Positions 38,178-47,642 of a stretch of 64,000 bases of DNA are shown here, piece by piece. The translations under genes were made by a program, and so were the position numbers. Position 1 is the stretch's first letter. Every line of letters begins with the position of its first letter. The stretch lies in the sequence record PZ229304.1. One strand, written 5' to 3'. The notes beneath the pieces are model-generated. The model worked only from the letters and a program-made list of their open reading frames with translations, did no database searches and was not told where the DNA came from. The stretch is from a phage.

Positions 38178-38865
38178 TTAGTCGTTCCTCCGCTTGCTTA
38201 AAAATATTTACATCGGCTTCACAGCCTAAGTATTCTCTACCTGTTAAAAGTGCCGCAACTTGTGTTGTTGCACTTCCAGAGAAGAAGTCTAAGACTACAT
38301 CTCCTTCGTTGGTGTGTATATTAATAAGGTCACAAAACAAAGTCAAGTGTTTTTGTGTTGGATGAAAACGATCTGCTCCTTGATAGATAGGATACTCAAA
38401 CACACCCTTATGGTAGGAAGCATTGAAGGTTGGCTTAGAACCTTTAACACAAACAATAGCCATTTCTTTAGCGTTACTAAGGTAGTTAACACCACTGTTG
38501 ATGGGTACAGGGTTTGTTTTAATCCATTCGATAGTACGGAACATACGAAAACCAAGCGGTTCAAGGATTTCACGTAGCTCCTGGATCTTCCAGATATCAT
38601 ACCAAACTATGCAAGTACCACCTTTTCTAAGCACCCTGTAGGCTTCTTTGAATACTTCTTTAAAGTAAGGAATATCTACAACATCCCAATCACCAAAGTT
38701 GTAAGATACACGGAATCTATCCGTATCTTTTCCAGTAGGCTCTCCAGACTGAAAATTTGTGTCACGAGAAATAGCATATGGTGGGTCAGTAAGAATCAAA
38801 TCTACACTATTGCTTTCGAGGGTTTGCAAGTAGTTTAATGCGGTGTTGTTTACAAATTCGCTCAT
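38134..38865 (-). CDS. DNA methyltransferase (beta-class, probably N6-adenine)
   Basis: DLILTDPPYA (motif IV) precedes VLDFFSGSATT (SAM-binding motif I); 243 aa; no adjacent restriction endonuclease. Confidence 0.7.
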   Translation of the reverse strand: MSEFVNNTALNYLQTLESNSVDLILTDPPYAISRDTNFQSGEPTGKDTDRFRVSYNFGDWDVVDIPYFKEVFKEAYRVLRKGGTCIVWYDIWKIQELREILEPLGFRMFRTIEWIKTNPVPINSGVNYLSNAKEMAIVCVKGSKPTFNASYHKGVFEYPIYQGADRFHPTQKHLTLFCDLINIHTNEGDVVLDFFSGSATTQVAALLTGREYLGCEADVNIFKQAEERLNEYTEQQNHPESTD

Positions 38866-38883
38866 TATATCTCCTTCAAAGAA

Positions 38884-38902
38884 AAGGAGCCGTTAGGCTC
38901 CT
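38884..38902 (-). terminator. terminator hairpin downstream of SSB-like gene
   Basis: AAGGAGCC-GTTA-GGCTCCTT, near-identical to the hairpin at 37716; A-run on plus strand gives a U-tract for the minus transcript. Confidence 0.5.
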
Positions 38903-38925
38903 TATATTCACACAATATTTAACTA

Positions 38926-39873
38926 TTAGAAACAGTGCAGGAAGTTTCGACCATACTGCAAACCAATAGGAGCAAATGGGATATCATCATCGAAATCTTG
39001 AACAACAGGTTCTGGTTCTTTCGGTGCTGGCTCTTTCTTCTCTACTTTTTTAGTTTCTTTCTTAACTTCTTGTACTGGGGCAGACATTCCACGGATAGCA
39101 GCAGCTACTTTATCAGACAAAGCAAGAACTTCACGAGCAGCTTCAATAATCTCTTCTGCCGTTACAGTCTTACCTGTATGATCACGACAAGCGTTAAGAA
39201 TTGCGTGTCCAACTGAAGCACCAAGATCATAGTCAGTCACATCAACGCCACGATCTTTAGCAATTTCTGCTTTCAGAGTAACAGTTGCAGATTGTACCAC
39301 ACCAGCCAAGTCGAAAGCATCGCCTTTCACACCAGCACGTAGAAGCTCCAGAGCGCCGTTTACAGCGTGTCCTGTTTCAATCCCTACGGTATCACGTTTT
39401 TTGTAGTTAGGCTTGCTACCTTCGTTATTAGATGGCTTATTTCCACCTTTTGAAGAAGATTGTGCTTGCTGAACACCTTCTGTTGAAAGAATAGTGATTT
39501 TACCTTTAGAGGAATTGTAGTATGTTTTGCCATTCCATTCAGAAGGTTTAACATCCATAGTTAGTTCTACACCTTTTTCGATAGTAACCCACTTGTCACC
39601 ATCTTTAACTTGCAGGTTTTCATGTTCTGGATGCAGTTTAACTTCACCTAGGCTAACCCAAACACCTTTATCATCAGCACCAGCACCTTTCTCTTTAATA
39701 AGCAGAGATGCTTTGTGAGTTGATTCAATTTTCTTATCTGGCTGACCTGCAACCTTAATATAAGAGACTTTCATTTCATCAAACTTATCTAGTTTGACAT
39801 ATTCAACGATACCTTCAGCCCAGAATGCTTCTTTTTTAGTACGACGGTCGATTTCAGAATTAATTACTGGCAT
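38926..39873 (-). CDS. ssDNA-binding protein-like, carrying an SSB-type acidic DFDDDIPF motif
   Basis: 315 aa; low-complexity Gly/Ser/Asn/Lys linker; Lys/Glu/Pro-rich segment followed by DFDDDIPF (identical to the E. coli SSB C-terminal tip) 15 residues before the C-terminus. Confidence 0.45.
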   Translation of the reverse strand: MPVINSEIDRRTKKEAFWAEGIVEYVKLDKFDEMKVSYIKVAGQPDKKIESTHKASLLIKEKGAGADDKGVWVSLGEVKLHPEHENLQVKDGDKWVTIEKGVELTMDVKPSEWNGKTYYNSSKGKITILSTEGVQQAQSSSKGGNKPSNNEGSKPNYKKRDTVGIETGHAVNGALELLRAGVKGDAFDLAGVVQSATVTLKAEIAKDRGVDVTDYDLGASVGHAILNACRDHTGKTVTAEEIIEAAREVLALSDKVAAAIRGMSAPVQEVKKETKKVEKKEPAPKEPEPVVQDFDDDIPFAPIGLQYGRNFLHCF

Positions 39874-39889
39874 AAATTCTCCTCTATAA

Positions 39890-40288
39890 TTACATTACTT
39901 TAACACAAAACTCTCGTAAAAGAGTAGCGTCAGTTTCTTCCAACAGGTATTTACCAAGACCAATACCAAATCCTATTTCACCACTTTCAAAATGGAGAAT
40001 TTGTATCTTTTCTCCACCAAGGTTGATTACTTTTGCTTTTCCAGGATTATCCAAAACATCTCGTATTGTATCCTGTAGTAGCATTAGTTCACGTTTTGTG
40101 ATAGTGGTTTCAGATATCTCTTTGTTTTCTACTCTCACTGTTAAACGATTGTATCCACCAAAGAGACATAGTATTTGAATAAAAAAGGTATTATCTTGAG
40201 GTTCAACATCTTTTTTAGTTAGCTCAAGACGATTAGTTTCTCTACTGTAGAACGTCTCGACTAAGATTTTAGAACGATTATCTGTCAT
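39890..40288 (-). CDS. hypothetical protein
   Basis: 132-aa ORF; no motif. Confidence 0.3.
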   Translation of the reverse strand: MTDNRSKILVETFYSRETNRLELTKKDVEPQDNTFFIQILCLFGGYNRLTVRVENKEISETTITKRELMLLQDTIRDVLDNPGKAKVINLGGEKIQILHFESGEIGFGIGLGKYLLEETDATLLREFCVKVM

Positions 40289-40331
40289 TCAAGTCCTCAT
40301 AATAACACATAATTATAATGTTTGTCAACAC

Positions 40332-40946
40332 TTAAATCTTAAATTCTTCGTTGTTAAATGAATCCAGTGTACGTACTTCTGGTTCTTTGGGAATGAAAAC
40401 GTCTTTTACAAAGCGGAACATAGGGAAACGTTCTGCCATTTTACGGACGTGTGCTTCTTTACCTGTGTATCGGTGATTAATAGTACAAATATTAGTTTTC
40501 AGTGCAAATTCAAAATCTGGATGATATACATAATTTTGACCATCCCAGTAACACAAGCAAATAGCTACATCAAAGTTCCATACGATTTCACTGCGTACAC
40601 CTTCTTCCATGATCATAAAGTTAAACTTAAGATCTTTATAGTATGCTTCAAATACCCATTTCAAATGTGGTAGTTCGGCATAAGTGTGTTCTGTTTGCTT
40701 AGTAAGTTGTTTAACATTACGTGCACCAACACCCAACATCAAAAACTTCTCTACTAGCACGAGTGTATTGTGGTTAGGCATACGCAAGTAAATGTCAATG
40801 TCTTGTGCAGGTTTCTCTAATCGCCAATCACGTACAGCGCCGCCAGCTACAATTGCAAACGGATCTACCAGTTGGCACATACGTAATACTTCTAAAGCTC
40901 GTACTTTTTGATCTTCAATATTCATATTTTCTCCTATCGTGTCCAC
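40332..40946 (-). CDS. minimal Pol-beta-superfamily nucleotidyltransferase (CCA-adding / poly(A) polymerase head-domain-like)
   Basis: 204 aa; IVAGGAVRDWRLEKPAQDIDIY matches the GGAVRD...DxD signature of the CCA/poly(A) polymerase head domain. Confidence 0.45.
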   Translation of the reverse strand: MDTIGENMNIEDQKVRALEVLRMCQLVDPFAIVAGGAVRDWRLEKPAQDIDIYLRMPNHNTLVLVEKFLMLGVGARNVKQLTKQTEHTYAELPHLKWVFEAYYKDLKFNFMIMEEGVRSEIVWNFDVAICLCYWDGQNYVYHPDFEFALKTNICTINHRYTGKEAHVRKMAERFPMFRFVKDVFIPKEPEVRTLDSFNNEEFKI

Positions 40947-41530
40947 TCTTTGTGTTGTTCTACATGCTCAAGCATTTCATTATATAGTGCTTTAAGATGT
41001 GGAACAACTCTTTCATCTTCAGTCTCAAAGAATTTTGTAAGCTGTTCTGCCTTAGCCTTCAACCAACAAAGATGCGCTTCAATTTCAGTATTAAAACGTC
41101 CCAGTGTTATAACACGTCCATCACGTTGAATATGGGCTTTATACTTTTTACGATCTTTTTCGTAACTACATCCTACCATAGTCCCATGAGATCTTTTACT
41201 TACTCTATAAGCTAAGAACTTGTTAAGATCTCCTGTTACTAAAAGACAGGTATCGGGAGAGTAAACTCTCCCTCCTATAATATCTTTATCAAGTTCTAAG
41301 TTTTCCCAGTTATCCCAAGTTTGCAACCAAGAGTAGAAATTGGAGAACAGTTTCCATTCTTCACAAACCGTCACCCCATTATAACAAGGATCACGTTCTT
41401 GTTGACAAGGGGAGTAACACCTCCCCAACATAGCCATCCATTTCATATAATGCGGCGTTAGTTTCTTACTACCAGGTAGCGTACTCTCGCCTTCCAAATC
41501 ATTAATACCTTCACCATATACGGTAAGCAT
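40934..41530 (-). CDS. AP2-domain protein, putative homing-endonuclease-like DNA-binding protein
   Basis: 198 aa; C-terminal YKAHIQRDGRVITLGRFNTEIEAHLCW fits the AP2 fold signature; sits next to the DNA polymerase gene; no catalytic HNH/GIY-YIG motif seen. Confidence 0.4.
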   Translation of the reverse strand: MLTVYGEGINDLEGESTLPGSKKLTPHYMKWMAMLGRCYSPCQQERDPCYNGVTVCEEWKLFSNFYSWLQTWDNWENLELDKDIIGGRVYSPDTCLLVTGDLNKFLAYRVSKRSHGTMVGCSYEKDRKKYKAHIQRDGRVITLGRFNTEIEAHLCWLKAKAEQLTKFFETEDERVVPHLKALYNEMLEHVEQHKEWTR

Positions 41531-41557
41531 AAAAACTCCTTTAAAATCAAAGAGATG

Positions 41558-44137
41558 TCAGTGACAAGACGCCCATGAGTTACCAACATCGTAACCAGCA
41601 GTTAGAGGTACATTAAGATTGTAATACTCACCAGCTTTATTAACAGCGATAGATGCTAATTCTCCAGCACGACTGTAGGCTGTAAACCAACCACCTTTAG
41701 GAGATTCATGTACGTTAGCCCAAATCTTGCCAGTACGTTTCTCTTCCTCTTCTTTCCAGGCGTTAACTTTATCCAAACATTCTTTATCAATTTTCTTTTG
41801 TTCTTCTGGATCATCAACTTGAGTCCAACCTAAAGATTCTTTAGAGAACCATTTAAAATGCACCAGATCACGAGTTACTTCAAGCTGCGCTTCATCGTGA
41901 TATGCAATCATTTGTTGAACGAATGACTTATTTTTCCAGTCATCAACAAAAAAGTCAACAGCTAATCCTTCTTCTTCGATAAGATCATCGTAGATAACCA
42001 TTGCTCTTTTTGCACAAATAACACCACCACTCTGGAACAGAGAGTTAAGTATTGCGTGTGCAGATCGTGTAGGTACTTTCCTACCATCAATACCAAGAAT
42101 GTATTTCTTACCTGTTTTAACCCAAAAATCATGCAGACGTTCTTTAAGAAGCGCAAGAGGTTTTGCAGCTTCCCAGAAAGCATCGTATACAAGCTGTCCT
42201 GTATACATATCACTACCAATGGTTTTTGCTACTTTTGCAGCTTGAGCACCATAAGTAATACCATACTTAACAGATTTAGCAGGGCTTCGTTCAAACTTAC
42301 GACCAATAGTATCAGAAATACGTCGAGCCATCATTGTATGAACATCATTAGGTTTTTCCAACAACAGAGCATTACAATATTCGTGTGGTTCCTGCTCGTA
42401 CCGCCAACAGTAGTGTGATTCTATTTTTGCCTCAAGAGAATCAAAGTCATAACCAATTTGGAAGTATTTTGGAACTTCTACACCAAATAAGTTACGCATT
42501 TCATATCCGTACAGAGATGTTACACGTGGGATATTTGCTACTAACCTATGTTTCATACGAGACGTAGCTGCATCACACGTTGCAGCAGGAGTTGGTATAC
42601 GACCATCAGCCCTTACTGCCGCCAGATAACCTTTATCGTAATCCTCTTCATCTTCTTCCCAATCAGCACCACCACCTAGAATAGAGTTTCTACGATGTTT
42701 ATACGTAAGATACTGCACAATCTGCGTAGCATAAGGAAACTTTTCACCTAGTGCTTCCAAGTTAGGACAAATATCCTTCTCTTGCCCTTTTGTAAAGGAA
42801 GGGTTAGTAAGCACTTTAACACCACGACCTTTAGCTTTAGCAATACGATCTCTTAGTTTCCATTCCAAAGTTTCTGGTGTGCACTCCAGATGATCACATC
42901 TATCCTGGCAGAAGTTAGATGCTAATGTTTGATCAACATAGTCACGAATAGCTTTCTCCATTTGTGCTTCATCTTTCTTAATCTTAGTGCCAGATTTAAG
43001 AGTGATATCTTTATCTTTATATTCAGATGGACTCCAACCTAAACCAACTAACCAATTTTTAATATGTGTCGTGTCGTCTAAAGTAGCAGGTACTGTAGGA
43101 TCACAAATAGGTTCTTCTGCTGGAATAGGGAGTTTAAACTCTTTACCTAATGCAAATAACCACCAACCATCTTCTTTTTGTACAAGTTCACCAGAATGTT
43201 TCTCTGCAAACTTTATCATGTTACTTGAAGGTTCACCATTCTTTTTAAACTGTAGTTTAGGTGGAATGAATGATTTCAAATAACCTTTAGTAGCAGGTTT
43301 AGGAGGTAGTACAGGTTCTGCCTCTAAACGACATGCTTCCATTCGAGCATCCAGATCACGAATATTATCTTCTGCTTGTTTCATATTGAAAGCAAAGCCA
43401 CGGTGCTCTTGACGTGTAATAATATCAGCTACACGTTGTTCTAAGTTAAATGGTTCAGACCACTTACTATAATCGCCCCACTCTTCCATCAAATAACGGA
43501 ACACTGCGGTGTTAGCTTTGTTATCGTAAATACAGTAATACAGCATATCTGCTGCAAATGTTCTAAATCTTTCAGTTTCAGGAATGTTTTTTCTGAAATC
43601 AATTTTAACATCCCCTCCAGCTTTCTTAGATAACTCTGCCAGACTATGACCACCGAAGCGATCAGGGTTTAGTGTCTTACTTAAGATCATAGTATCACAA
43701 ATTTCAATGTTACTATTACCCCAAGTATTGTACTTAATACTGTAGTTGAGTTTAAAAAATAATTTAATTGCCAGTAAGTCGAAGTTAATGATGTTGTGTC
43801 CAACTACTTTGGTAATTTTATAGTTTGAATTACCTTTAAATTTACCTGTTCCATTTACAAAATCAGGAAAATCTTTAAGAGGGAAATGGGTATATTCTAA
43901 ATGCTCATATTCCTCCAGTCGGTATTCATACTTTCCGTCAGTCTCAACATATGGACGACCATCGAAAAGATATTTATCACCATCATGGAAAGCAATAATC
44001 TCTCCAGTATCATGACTTTCGCACACAATACAGTGCATTGCAAAACTATCTTTTAAACGATATGGACTTGCCAAGTAATCTACACTTTCGTCATTAAGCA
44101 AGTTGTTACTTTCAATGTCGAAAGTAAAAGCTCCCAT
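41558..44137 (-). CDS. DNA polymerase, family A, with 3'-5' exonuclease domain
   Basis: 859 aa; N-terminal FDIESNN (Exo I, DxE); motif B-like RSPAKSVKYGITYGAQA; motif C-like IAYHDEAQLEV. Confidence 0.8.
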   Translation of the reverse strand: MGAFTFDIESNNLLNDESVDYLASPYRLKDSFAMHCIVCESHDTGEIIAFHDGDKYLFDGRPYVETDGKYEYRLEEYEHLEYTHFPLKDFPDFVNGTGKFKGNSNYKITKVVGHNIINFDLLAIKLFFKLNYSIKYNTWGNSNIEICDTMILSKTLNPDRFGGHSLAELSKKAGGDVKIDFRKNIPETERFRTFAADMLYYCIYDNKANTAVFRYLMEEWGDYSKWSEPFNLEQRVADIITRQEHRGFAFNMKQAEDNIRDLDARMEACRLEAEPVLPPKPATKGYLKSFIPPKLQFKKNGEPSSNMIKFAEKHSGELVQKEDGWWLFALGKEFKLPIPAEEPICDPTVPATLDDTTHIKNWLVGLGWSPSEYKDKDITLKSGTKIKKDEAQMEKAIRDYVDQTLASNFCQDRCDHLECTPETLEWKLRDRIAKAKGRGVKVLTNPSFTKGQEKDICPNLEALGEKFPYATQIVQYLTYKHRRNSILGGGADWEEDEEDYDKGYLAAVRADGRIPTPAATCDAATSRMKHRLVANIPRVTSLYGYEMRNLFGVEVPKYFQIGYDFDSLEAKIESHYCWRYEQEPHEYCNALLLEKPNDVHTMMARRISDTIGRKFERSPAKSVKYGITYGAQAAKVAKTIGSDMYTGQLVYDAFWEAAKPLALLKERLHDFWVKTGKKYILGIDGRKVPTRSAHAILNSLFQSGGVICAKRAMVIYDDLIEEEGLAVDFFVDDWKNKSFVQQMIAYHDEAQLEVTRDLVHFKWFSKESLGWTQVDDPEEQKKIDKECLDKVNAWKEEEEKRTGKIWANVHESPKGGWFTAYSRAGELASIAVNKAGEYYNLNVPLTAGYDVGNSWASCH

Positions 44138-44205
44138 TCTCCCTCCTTAAAATATTTCTAAAGTCTTAATTTGTTAATACTGTACCATAAATTAATTGTT
44201 TTGTA

Positions 44206-44224
44206 AAGGGGCTTTCGCCCCTTC
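44206..44224. terminator. hairpin in polymerase upstream intergenic region
   Basis: AAGGGGC-TTTC-GCCCCTT with T-rich flank. Confidence 0.35.
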
Positions 44225-44227
44225 TTG

Positions 44228-44623
44228 TTATTTATTGTCAGCACTTAATTGTACTTTAATAAGGCAATTAGGGACACCATTGGTATTTCTCAAGCCTACA
44301 CGGTCAATTTTAACTGTCCCTGTTAAGCCACTAAAAGTGGAAACAATGTTATTAATGTTTTCATCCTTACTAGCGATATCAAGAACAACTTTATCACTAA
44401 CATTTTTCAGCATACGATCTACAAGCTCTCCCACAAAACCACTGGTAGTTTGAATGAGAAGGTATAGGCAACCATCCTCAAACCACAAATGTTCACCATA
44501 AGCATAACCGTATGGTTCTAACTCCGATCCATCTTGAAATTTAAACTTAGCAACAGTTTTTGTATAATCATACCCTAACGCAGAAGGGGATACTCCATAA
44601 AGGATATTTTCGTTGTCTTTCAT
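44228..44623 (-). CDS. hypothetical protein
   Basis: 131-aa ORF between primase-helicase and polymerase. Confidence 0.3.
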   Translation of the reverse strand: MKDNENILYGVSPSALGYDYTKTVAKFKFQDGSELEPYGYAYGEHLWFEDGCLYLLIQTTSGFVGELVDRMLKNVSDKVVLDIASKDENINNIVSTFSGLTGTVKIDRVGLRNTNGVPNCLIKVQLSADNK

Positions 44624-44632
44624 ATTTTCTCC

Positions 44633-46405
44633 TTAATAAGAACCAGCAGGAATATTCTCTGGGTTACTTGTGTATTGATCGTAATCGTGAAGTGTAGCTG
44701 TTTTAATCTCATAGAAGAAACTACCTGCTGCACCAGTCTCTGAGAACTCACGGTTCTTTAGAATGTAGCAATATGTGCGGTTACGCTCCATAGGATCTTC
44801 AGCTTGTTTATCACGCTCCAGCGCAATTGTGATACCAGCACCTTTAGCAAGGAAGCTACTACCCATTGCATCATCTTCTACAATATGCTCATTACTATTG
44901 TTAGAAGACTTTTTAACGTGTGAAATTACAACAATGGTGATTGCGTACTCTTTCATAATGCGTTTGAGCCACGTCGCAAGTTCCTCTTGTTGTGACACGT
45001 CCATACCAGAAAGCAAATCAGAATAAGGGTCGATAACAAGAATGGTTACTCCGAAATAAATAATCATTTCCAGAACCTTCTCTTTAATCACATCTACGTT
45101 AGCTCCACGATCATCACAAACATAGAAACGTGGTGTTCCATCTTCCCGTTCGTAAAAATCACGAATCTTTTCTTCATTATCTTTTAAAATCTTTTCCTTC
45201 TCTTCCTTTGTCTTACGGTGAAGAGGGATATGCAAGAATGAAGACAGTAAGTTACGAGAATACTTCTTATACGTTGCCTCCAAAGATAAAATACCAAGAG
45301 TATGTTCTGGGTGTGCAAGAATAATGTGCTTCGTAATCTCGTTAACCAACAGTGTCTTACCAATACTTGTTTTTGCAAGTATAACAGTAATTTCTTCTTC
45401 TACCAAGCCTCCACCTAACATATTAGAAGCAACACGCATGAATGGAGGAAGTGTGATCATTTTAGCTTCCAAGCATTCCAGGGCTGCTTCATACAGTACG
45501 TTAGAAGCATAAACACCAGCAGGTGTGTACAGTTTAGCTTTGAAAAAGCGATCAATAAAATGATCAATTTTTCCTTCTACTAACGCCTGGTTAGGATCTT
45601 TAACATCCGTTAGCTCCATCACGTAAACTTTATTACGTGGTAAGATTTTAACACATTTCTCAACCGCTGCACGTCCAGCTTCATCATTATCCATACACAG
45701 AACAATCTTTTTAAATTGATCTAAGAATTTATAACGATGTTGAAGCTGTTTATGTAGAGATGTTTCGCCACAAGTACCAGATACTACAGCAGGAACAGGA
45801 TATTTACCACCCTTGTTATAATCTTTTAGCATCTGTGTTGCAGCCAGCATATCGTGTTCACCACCAACGATTAGAATAGTACCGCTGTGGTTACGATATT
45901 TAAACTCACCAAAAAGATCACAATCCTTTCCTGTTTCACCAATAGGATGCGAAAAATCTTTTGGATCAATACGTTGTTTATACCCAGCAATATTGTAATC
46001 TTTAGTTGTAGGGTATAGTGTTGAAATTACTTCGCCAGTGGCTTCATCGTACATATAGCGTACACCGAAAGGTTTAGAGATATCTTCACGAATACCACGA
46101 TAACCTTTTGGATTAGTTCCAGTGCTGGCTTTTAGCTTATCATGCACTTCTGGATTAAACTCACTACCCAAGATATCCTCCTCTTCAATTTCTTCGCCGT
46201 GTGCATTTAACCATTTTTGATCAGGGATAGTAAAGCCACAAGAAAAACAATGTGCGCCTCGATGGTCTTCATCGGCATCTAAGCCATATACCATTAAATT
46301 GTTTTGTGATCGATCACGTCCTCCTTTCATACAACGAGGACACCCAGTATGTCCTTCTTGACTTAGATCAATGTTATACCCATATTTATTTACAACATAA
46401 GACAC
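44633..46405 (-). CDS. DNA primase-helicase (zinc ribbon + TOPRIM + P-loop helicase)
   Basis: 590 aa; N-terminal CPRC...CFSCGF zinc ribbon; TOPRIM-like LCMDNDEAGRAA; Walker A TSIGKT; Walker B-like ILVIDPYSD. Confidence 0.7.
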   Translation of the reverse strand: MSYVVNKYGYNIDLSQEGHTGCPRCMKGGRDRSQNNLMVYGLDADEDHRGAHCFSCGFTIPDQKWLNAHGEEIEEEDILGSEFNPEVHDKLKASTGTNPKGYRGIREDISKPFGVRYMYDEATGEVISTLYPTTKDYNIAGYKQRIDPKDFSHPIGETGKDCDLFGEFKYRNHSGTILIVGGEHDMLAATQMLKDYNKGGKYPVPAVVSGTCGETSLHKQLQHRYKFLDQFKKIVLCMDNDEAGRAAVEKCVKILPRNKVYVMELTDVKDPNQALVEGKIDHFIDRFFKAKLYTPAGVYASNVLYEAALECLEAKMITLPPFMRVASNMLGGGLVEEEITVILAKTSIGKTLLVNEITKHIILAHPEHTLGILSLEATYKKYSRNLLSSFLHIPLHRKTKEEKEKILKDNEEKIRDFYEREDGTPRFYVCDDRGANVDVIKEKVLEMIIYFGVTILVIDPYSDLLSGMDVSQQEELATWLKRIMKEYAITIVVISHVKKSSNNSNEHIVEDDAMGSSFLAKGAGITIALERDKQAEDPMERNRTYCYILKNREFSETGAAGSFFYEIKTATLHDYDQYTSNPENIPAGSY

Positions 46406-46417
46406 ATGATTCTCCTA

Positions 46418-46687
46418 CTAAAATGATTCGTTTGTCTCCATAATATATTGCATTTCCAAATCTTCCATATGTTTCTTAAATTGGTAAACAATTTCCGATG
46501 GGGAAATATCTATATCAAAAAGTTCTTTTGTACCAGAATAAAACCTAATACCATCAACAATAAGACCACCATAATAATCCCAATCACTTTCTCGTGAGAA
46601 AGGATTAGGTTCTTCATAATAGTAATCTACTTCAACAATAATAGGTTCTTTATTATCTTGTTTATACTCAAAATCAAAAGTGTTCAT
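46418..46687 (-). CDS. hypothetical protein
   Basis: 89-aa acidic ORF. Confidence 0.3.
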   Translation of the reverse strand: MNTFDFEYKQDNKEPIIVEVDYYYEEPNPFSRESDWDYYGGLIVDGIRFYSGTKELFDIDISPSEIVYQFKKHMEDLEMQYIMETNESF

Positions 46688-47631
46688 TATAAATCCTCGA
46701 TAAGCAGTCTGCGGGTTTCATTTAAATCATCAATATTGTAGTTATCTCTTACATACTTAGCAAGAGCTAATCCTTTCTCAATACAAACATCAGGAGATTC
46801 GATTAAGTATTCTACAATATCTTTCCACTCTTTAACTGAATCAGCAAAGAAGATTAGATCTTTAAATTCTTCAGTATAATAGTTCTCCCGTGGTGAACAA
46901 ACGAGTGGCAAACCTTTAGCACCAGCTTCAAGAATTTTTAAATTACTTTTGGCATTATTAAAATGATTATTTACTAATGGAGCTATGGAGATTTGATGAC
47001 CATCGTATGCTTCCATATAACACTCATAAGGACGAATACCTTCATAAACACAATCTGGTTGAATATCTTCTTTAATTTGCAACCATTGAGCACTACTTAA
47101 CTCTTCATGATCTCTACGAAATCCACATAAAGTTAAATCTTTACCAAAACTAGGAAGAATAGCTAAATCATGTTTATGTGTTTCACTTCCCGCCCAAACC
47201 AGTGGACTTTTAGAATAACGATCTTTCGTAAGAACAAACTGTCCTTCATCAAAAGGTAGTCCATTAGGCACAATATGTACATTATCATTGTATTGGCTTA
47301 ATTCAACCTTTAATGCTGGAGTTGTTGTAGTTACAAGATCGCTTCTTTCAAGGAACCATTTTAGATCATCTCGGATTTGATTTTCAAATAATCCTTCAAG
47401 CATATGTCCTTCAGGGATAATTAAAGAATCATCCAGATCCATTACCAATTTAAACCCAAGTTGTTTAAGAGCCAGGAAACCTGGCTTTCCACGGGTTGGT
47501 ACTCCATTGAACACAAAAATATTATGCTTAGGATTGATGGTCAGTTTGCGTTTATATGGCAAAATGATTCTATGAAAATCACATACACTATACTTTTCAT
47601 TTCCGCGTGTGTCAAGAATAATATTAGGCAT
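46687..47631 (-). CDS. glycosyltransferase (GT-B-like), paralogue A
   Basis: 314 aa; C-terminal NAKSNLKILEAGAKGLPLVCSP resembles the GT1/GT4 donor-binding motif; clear paralogue of the adjacent gene. Confidence 0.45.
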   Translation of the reverse strand: MPNIILDTRGNEKYSVCDFHRIILPYKRKLTINPKHNIFVFNGVPTRGKPGFLALKQLGFKLVMDLDDSLIIPEGHMLEGLFENQIRDDLKWFLERSDLVTTTTPALKVELSQYNDNVHIVPNGLPFDEGQFVLTKDRYSKSPLVWAGSETHKHDLAILPSFGKDLTLCGFRRDHEELSSAQWLQIKEDIQPDCVYEGIRPYECYMEAYDGHQISIAPLVNNHFNNAKSNLKILEAGAKGLPLVCSPRENYYTEEFKDLIFFADSVKEWKDIVEYLIESPDVCIEKGLALAKYVRDNYNIDDLNETRRLLIEDL

Positions 47632-47642
47632 ATCGCTCCTTA

